Positions 62,060 through 64,000 of a stretch of 64,000 nucleotides of DNA are shown in pieces (position 1 is the stretch's first letter; the number at the start of each line of letters is the position of its first letter). This stretch comes from Candidatus Omnitrophota bacterium. GTDB lineage: Bacteria > Omnitrophota > Gorgyraeia > VGKH01. Under the pieces are notes generated by a model. It was not told the DNA's origin and did no database searches. It saw only the letters and a list, made by a program, of their open reading frames with translations. Both the position numbers and the translations under genes were made by a program. The stretch covers positions 26,850-90,849 of the forward strand of contig JAKLEP010000001.1 in NCBI GenBank assembly GCA_022703055.1. Direction: 5' to 3'.

Positions 62060-62851
62060 TTGATAAGAAAGACGAGGATCTTAGCCGATAAAATGCCTAG
62101 CCCATTATTGCAAAAGTTTAATAAAGGATTAAAAGCAGCTATGCCTTTTCTTGCTGTCATAGTTGTTTTGGTGTCCGCGGGGTATGTATCGTGGTTAAAT
62201 CATAATGATTTCGAAAAAGCAATAATTCGCCAAACCCAGACTCAACTTTTGATAACGGCTTTATCCGAAGCCAAGATTATCGAAAAGAACATTTATGATA
62301 TCGGCAGCTCTCCGACAGGCATAAATCAGCTAGTAAAGAATATAGATGATCTGGAAAAAGTATACACTATTGTAGTAACCGATAATGGAAAGATAATAAG
62401 CTGTCCTTACGCAAGTTTCCTCGGGATAAACATCTTAGAGTTTACAAACAATAAGATTCCGGAAAGCGATTGGGAGAAATTAAATTCAGTGATTCATGAA
62501 TTTAAAAACGGAAAAAGTGGCACGGCCATATTAGACTTTCTTTCTGAAGATCCAAGCCATAAGATCGTAAAGACAATAATAGCCTTTTCTCCTATGCGAG
62601 TTGGCAAAAATAGAAACGCTATCATTATAGTCATGGAATATAGCCTTATAGCTAATTTAATTCATAGAAATTTAAGAGATAATCTTCTTTTCATGGTTCT
62701 TACTAATTTTGTTATCGCAATTTTTGGTTTGGCTCTTTTTAGAATTCACAGAGAAAAAGATAAGCTTGCGATATCGGAAGCCGCTTTAAATATTATTAAC
62801 AGGCAATTGCATTCGGAAATCGATGACCGTAAGAAATCCGGGAAAAAATAA
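62060..62851 (+). CDS. Membrane protein with an extracytoplasmic Cache-like sensor region and no output domain
   Basis: 263 aa. The order is TM, about 170-aa loop, TM, then a short coiled coil. This resembles the N-terminal sensor module of histidine kinases or MCPs but ends after 45 cytoplasmic residues. The start is uncertain (TTG at 62060). Confidence 0.35.
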   Translation: MIRKTRILADKMPSPLLQKFNKGLKAAMPFLAVIVVLVSAGYVSWLNHNDFEKAIIRQTQTQLLITALSEAKIIEKNIYDIGSSPTGINQLVKNIDDLEKVYTIVVTDNGKIISCPYASFLGINILEFTNNKIPESDWEKLNSVIHEFKNGKSGTAILDFLSEDPSHKIVKTIIAFSPMRVGKNRNAIIIVMEYSLIANLIHRNLRDNLLFMVLTNFVIAIFGLALFRIHREKDKLAISEAALNIINRQLHSEIDDRKKSGKK

Positions 62852-62989
62852 TTGACTTTTGTTATCCTTCCTGAAGTAGCTAGTTTTTATCAGGTTCCCC
62901 AAATTAAAAAGCTAAAATAAAAAATGTTTTCATTAGTATTAACGGCAGTATAATATCAAGGAAATTCGCGCAAGTTATAATTAATAAAA

Positions 62990-64000
62990 ATGCCTAACGG
63001 AAAACAAAAACTACAAATTTTGGATTTTGACCATATCAATTGCCCGCAAGACGAACTTTTGGCGAAACTTAAGACTTCCCAGCGGGGTTTAAGCGAGGAA
63101 GAGGCAAAAAAACGTCTTGATGAATACGGTAATAATGAGCCTGCCCGAAAGAAGAAGCGGACTATCCTAGCCCAAATTCTTTCTAAGTTTATAAATCCTT
63201 TGGTTATTGTGTTATTGATTATAGCGGGGTTTTCCTTATTCTTTGGAGAGAAACTTAGCGCCTTCTTGGTAATCCTGATGGCAATCATGAGTGTATTTTT
63301 GTCTTTTATCCAAGAATACCGTGCCGGTAAGGAAGCGGAGAAGCTTAGCGAAATGGTCAGGGCAACAGCCACGGTCTATCGTAATGGAAGAGCCAAAGAA
63401 ATAAAAATACGAGAGATAGTCCCGGGAGATATTGTTGATTTATTTGCTGGGGATATGATTCCCGCCGATTTACGTATAATTTCGGCAAAAGATTTATTTG
63501 TTAATCAAGCGTCTTTAACTGGCGAGGCCTTTCCAATTGAAAAAGTCCCGGAGCCGCCTGCATCAAAAACTACATCCATAACAGAATTAAAGAATATTGC
63601 CTTTATGGGTTCAAGCGTAGTAAGCGGTACGGCGCTTGGTGTTGCGGTTAAAACTGGAATATCTACTCAGTTTGGCGAAGTGGCTAGAAGGCTTGCCACG
63701 ATGAGAATTGAAACTAGTTTTGATAAGGGCGTGCAGCAGTTCACCTGGCTTATGATCCGCGCCATGTTTTTTATGGTTTTGTTTATTTTCGCAATCAATG
63801 CTTTTCGTCGGGGATCTTTTATTGAAGCCTTGCTTTTTTCTCTCGGCGTGGCGGTGGGTCTTACTCCCGAGATGCTGCCGATGCTGGTAGCCATAAATCT
63901 TTCCAAAGGCGCCATTGCCATGTCCAAGAAGGATGCGATCGTCAAGCGGTTAAATTCCATTCAGAACTTCGGCGCCATGGATGTGTTATGTACAGATAAA
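62990..64000 (+). CDS. mgtA: Magnesium-translocating P-type ATPase, N-terminal 337 aa (continues beyond window end)
   Basis: My translation from ATG 62990 gives MPNGKQKLQ..GLSEEEAKKRLDEYG..LTGEAFPIEK..TPEMLPMLV..IQNFGAMDVLCTDK. The frame is open at the window edge, so it is missing from the ORF track. Confidence 0.85.
   Translation, partial: MPNGKQKLQILDFDHINCPQDELLAKLKTSQRGLSEEEAKKRLDEYGNNEPARKKKRTILAQILSKFINPLVIVLLIIAGFSLFFGEKLSAFLVILMAIMSVFLSFIQEYRAGKEAEKLSEMVRATATVYRNGRAKEIKIREIVPGDIVDLFAGDMIPADLRIISAKDLFVNQASLTGEAFPIEKVPEPPASKTTSITELKNIAFMGSSVVSGTALGVAVKTGISTQFGEVARRLATMRIETSFDKGVQQFTWLMIRAMFFMVLFIFAINAFRRGSFIEALLFSLGVAVGLTPEMLPMLVAINLSKGAIAMSKKDAIVKRLNSIQNFGAMDVLCTDK

Noticed and set aside
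62852-62989. Possible M-box (Mg2+) riboswitch upstream of mgtA.
   Set aside because: The region is only 138 nt, AT-rich and without the multi-helix conserved core, so it is too short for the roughly 160-nt M-box.
62956-63372. 138-aa and 97-aa minus-strand ORFs (62956-63372 and 63667-63960) at the right end of the window.
   Set aside because: They are antisense to a plus-strand frame that translates into an unmistakable MgtA-type P-type ATPase (..IQNFGAMDVLCTDK). The track missed it only because it runs off the window.

Overview
This 64 kb window looks like bacterial chromosome from an uncultivated anaerobe. It is about 40% GC by eye, uses strong GGAGG-type Shine-Dalgarno sites and frequent GTG/TTG starts, and encodes several archaeal-flavoured enzymes. 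Coding density is high, and I saw no CRISPR array, rRNA or obvious mobile element.

Minus strand, positions 1 to about 21.9 kb:
- The 5' part of an A/V-type ATPase operon (H-I-K-E-C-F-A).
- A scattered pyrimidine set: pyrF, pyrD, pyrK, carB, pyrC, pyrB and pyrR.
- Between these lie transporters, a GT2 glycosyltransferase, Fpg, YjbQ, tRNA-Arg(CCG), a flavodoxin, an EndoQ-like PHP nuclease and a Mut7-C nuclease-like protein.

Plus strand, 28.4 to 64 kb, mostly housekeeping and redox genes:
- Nth, HypE, Rex, KamA, a cold-shock protein, an EF-G paralog and PurH.
- An Rrf2-headed O2/ROS defence island: flavodiiron protein, a rubredoxin missing from the ORF track, a Dps-like ferritin, superoxide reductase and a rubrerythrin-like protein.
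- A sulfur and Fe-S block: MerR, Thi4, CysK, a COG1900 homocysteine protein and NifS-NifU.
- An envelope ABC exporter cluster, then FolC, MnmE, FolE, DgkA and a truncated MgtA.

The most interesting locus is at 21.9 to 28.3 kb. A three-gene minus-strand operon encodes two proteins with textbook prepilin (type IV pilin-like) N-termini. Each also carries a 128-aa Hint/mini-intein-like autoprocessing module, and they flank a 707-aa PilX-like protein. The operon is preceded by a strong extended -10 promoter and a leader that closely resembles a c-di-GMP-I (GEMM-I) riboswitch with a terminator-type expression platform. Downstream, it converges on a CHASE2-GGDEF diguanylate cyclase gene. All family assignments come from reading the translations for motifs. 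No database search was possible.
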